From the human T2T-CHM13v2.0 reference genome, Homo sapiens, in the NCBI RefSeq assembly GCF_009914755.1, contig NC_060946.1: a stretch of 64,000 bases of DNA; one strand, 5' to 3'. The translations under genes were made by a program, and so were the position numbers. This document shows, in pieces, positions 60,840 through 64,000 of the stretch (positions within the stretch are counted from its first letter, which is position 1; every line of letters begins with the position of its first letter). Below the pieces are notes generated by a model. That model made no database searches and had not been told where the DNA came from. It worked only from the letters and a program-made list of their open reading frames with translations.

Positions 60840-61754
60840 AACCATGCTGTTAGCGATGTGCTATCATGCAGGCTTTCTTGTTCCCATTTTTACAGCACAC
60901 TTCGCACTTTAATGTCACAGATATGGCTGTTTTCCTAGAAGCTCATGTACCAACCTCTGCCAGCTTCAAACATTTCTTCTGCAACTTCCTCACCTCTCTT
61001 CACCTCCATAGAATTGAAGAGAGTTAGGGCCTTTCTCAGGATTAGGCTTTATCTCAAGGGAATGTTGGGGCTGGTTTGATCTTCTATGCAGACCACTCAG
61101 ACTTTCTCTGTATGAGTAAAAACCTGTTTTGTTTTTTAAAAATCATTCATGTGTTCACTGGAGTAGCACCTATAACTTCCTTCAAGAACTTTTTCTTTGC
61201 ATTCACAACTTGGGTAGCTGATGCAAGAAGCTTAGCTTTGGCCTGTCTTAGCTGCCAACATGCCTTCTTCACTAAGATTGATGATTTCTACCTTTTGATT
61301 TGAAGTGACAGATGTGCACACTTCTTTTCTCTTGAACACATGGTGGCCACTGCAGAGTGAAGTGGCCTAATTTCACTGTTATATCTTGGGGAATGGGGGG
61401 CTGGAAGAGAGAAATAGAGACAGGGAAATTACTAGTCAATGAAGCAGTCAAACACAACATTTTTCCCTCATGTTTGCTGTCTTCCATAGAGTTCCAGCAC
61501 CCTGAGACAATTCCAATAGTAACATCAGAAAACACTGATCACGGATCATCATAACAGATGTGATAACTAAAATCTTTGAAAGATTGTTGGGATTGCCAAA
61601 AGATGTGACACAGATGTGAAGTGAGCACACAGTGTTGGAAAAATGGGGCTGGTCAGACTTGCTCAGCATTTCGTGGCCACAAATCTTTAATTTATTAAAA
61701 AGGTGATGTGGCCAAGCAAAACAAAGTGAAGCTCGATAAAGTGAGGTGTGCCTC
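60840..61754 (-). mobile_element. Tigger1 fragment with internal deletion, ending at its TIR
   Basis: Colinear with 33860-35301. Ends 'gataaagtgaggtgtgcctc' followed by TA. Confidence 0.85.
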
Positions 61755-61950
61755 TATTTTGATGGGCTCTAACAATTTGTCTTTTCATTGGTGCATTTAA
61801 ACCATTGACGTTCAAAGTGATTATACAGTTGGATTAATTTTGTCATATCATTTTCCATTCGCTCCTATTGTTCTTTGTTCTTGCTTTGTCCTCCACTCTT
61901 TTTCTGCCTTTTATGGAGTTGATGATTTTATATGATTTTTGTTTCCTCTC

Positions 61951-62228
61951 TTTTTTTTTTTATTGAGGCAGTCACCCAGGCTAGAGTGTAGTGGTGTGAT
62001 CATGGCTCCCTGCAGCCTCAACCTCGTGGGTTCAAGTGATCCTTCCACCTCAGTCTCCCAATTAGCTAGGACTACAAGTATGCAATTAGCTAAGACTACA
62101 ATTATGCACCACCATACCTGGCCTTTTCTTTTCTGTAGGGACAGGGTCTCACTGTGTTGTTCAGGATAGTCTCTAACTCCTGGGCTCAAGCCATCTTTCT
62201 ACCTTGGCATGAGCCTCCATACCTGGCC
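61951..62228 (-). mobile_element. AluJ with a 24-bp internal duplication
   Basis: Antisense dimer; 'caattagcta(g/a)gactacaa(g/t)tatg' twice. Confidence 0.85.
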
Positions 62229-62473
62229 TGTTTTCTCTTTTTAGCATTTTTATACTTTGGTTTTTACTAGTTGCCCTGGAGTTTGCAGTATAGACTTGCA
62301 ACAAATCCAAGTCCACCTTCAAATAACACTATACCAGTTCAGTTACTTCAACTGCCTTCTAATGGAAATGTAATACCATCTTCTCTCATATTCCCATCTC
62401 TTGTGTTATTGCTGCCATTTGTTTCACTTATATGTAAGCATACATAGCCTTGTATATATTAAAGTATGTAATT

Positions 62474-62786
<313 letters not shown>

Positions 62787-62838
62787 TTATTATATACAAA
62801 CTATTATATGTTAGGTCAATTAAGAATAAAAAGTAAGC

Positions 62839-63170
62839 GGCCAGGTACAGTGACTCATGCCTGTAGTTCCAGCACTTTGGAAGGCAGAGGCGGGCAGATC
62901 ACGAGGTCAGGAGATTGAGACCATCCTGGCTAACATGGTGAAACCCCGTCTCTGGCAAAGGTGGTGAAACACTGTCTCTACTAAAAATACAAAACAATTA
63001 GCCAGGCGTGGTGGAGGGTGCCTGTAATCCTAGCTACTTGGGAGGCTGAGGAAGAGAATTGCTTGAACCTGGGAGACAGAGGTTGCAGTGAGCTGAGGTT
63101 GTGCCACTGCACTCCAGCCTGGGCAACAGAGTGAGACTCTGTCTCAAAATAAATAAATAAAAATAAATAA
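62839..63170 (+). mobile_element. AluSc-like with a short internal duplication
   Basis: Dimer with 'tggtgaaac' repeated; (aaat)n tail. Confidence 0.9.
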
Positions 63171-63291
63171 GATGTAGATCTTTTTTTTCTCTAGATAATG
63201 TTTAACATTTCAACTTTTTTTGTACAAGAAATGTTTTGTTTCTCATTTACTTTTTAAAGAAGATCTCACAGGGCACTGAAATCTAAGTTGA

Positions 63292-63689
<398 letters not shown>

Positions 63690-64000
63690 TGAATGTGATT
63701 CTTATCTTTGTTTCTCTGTAGGTAAGATGTTGTCCACTCCACCTCTGGTTTCTTTTGGAGTTGATGTTTTATACAGTTGGAGAATAATATGTCTAGGTGT
63801 AGGTTTTTGGCATGCATCCTTCCTGGTGTGCTCTGAGCTTCCTGGATCTTTGGTTTGGTGTCTGACATTAACAGTGGAAGTTGTCAGACATGATTGTTGC
63901 AGATGTTTCTTCTGTTTCTCTCTCTTCTCCTTCTGGTATTCTCATCATTCTATGTTACACATTTTCTAGCTGTCCCACAGTTCTTGGATATTATGTTCCA

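Overview
Primate (most likely human or hominoid) genomic DNA typical of a pericentromeric segmental duplication; nothing here is prokaryotic. The backbone is an unprocessed, + strand ZNF717-type KRAB-C2H2 zinc-finger pseudogene. It has a CpG-island promoter and exon 1 (~10.6-11.0 kb), coding exon 2 (12929-12987, MFPVSSGCFQKQQETNKSL), a tandemly duplicated KRAB-A exon (55734-55990), a KRAB-B exon (56234-56326) and a zinc-finger exon (58258-~60720, ~21 fingers with many stops and frameshifts). Its ~43 kb intron 2 holds an LTR10 solo LTR, a MER57 provirus with a nested MER52, old L1s, a near-full Tigger1, many Alus, several TE-seeded minisatellites and a 15.4 kb array of the 48-bp CER (D22Z3-type) satellite (37254-52623). 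The main observation is that the CER monomer reads as the terminus of a MaLR (MST/MLT1A-type) LTR, plus a 5-bp target-site duplication, plus the L1M sequence it inserted into. The rest of that LTR and both halves of that L1M flank the array directly, so this locus looks like a copy of the satellite's birthplace. An ancient paralog of the same Tigger1-L1M segment starts at ~60.8 kb and should give an empty-site control just beyond the window's right end. The array is also dense in heat-shock-element-like motifs. Repeat family names and consensus comparisons are from my recall and need a Dfam/RepeatMasker check; repeat boundaries are approximate.
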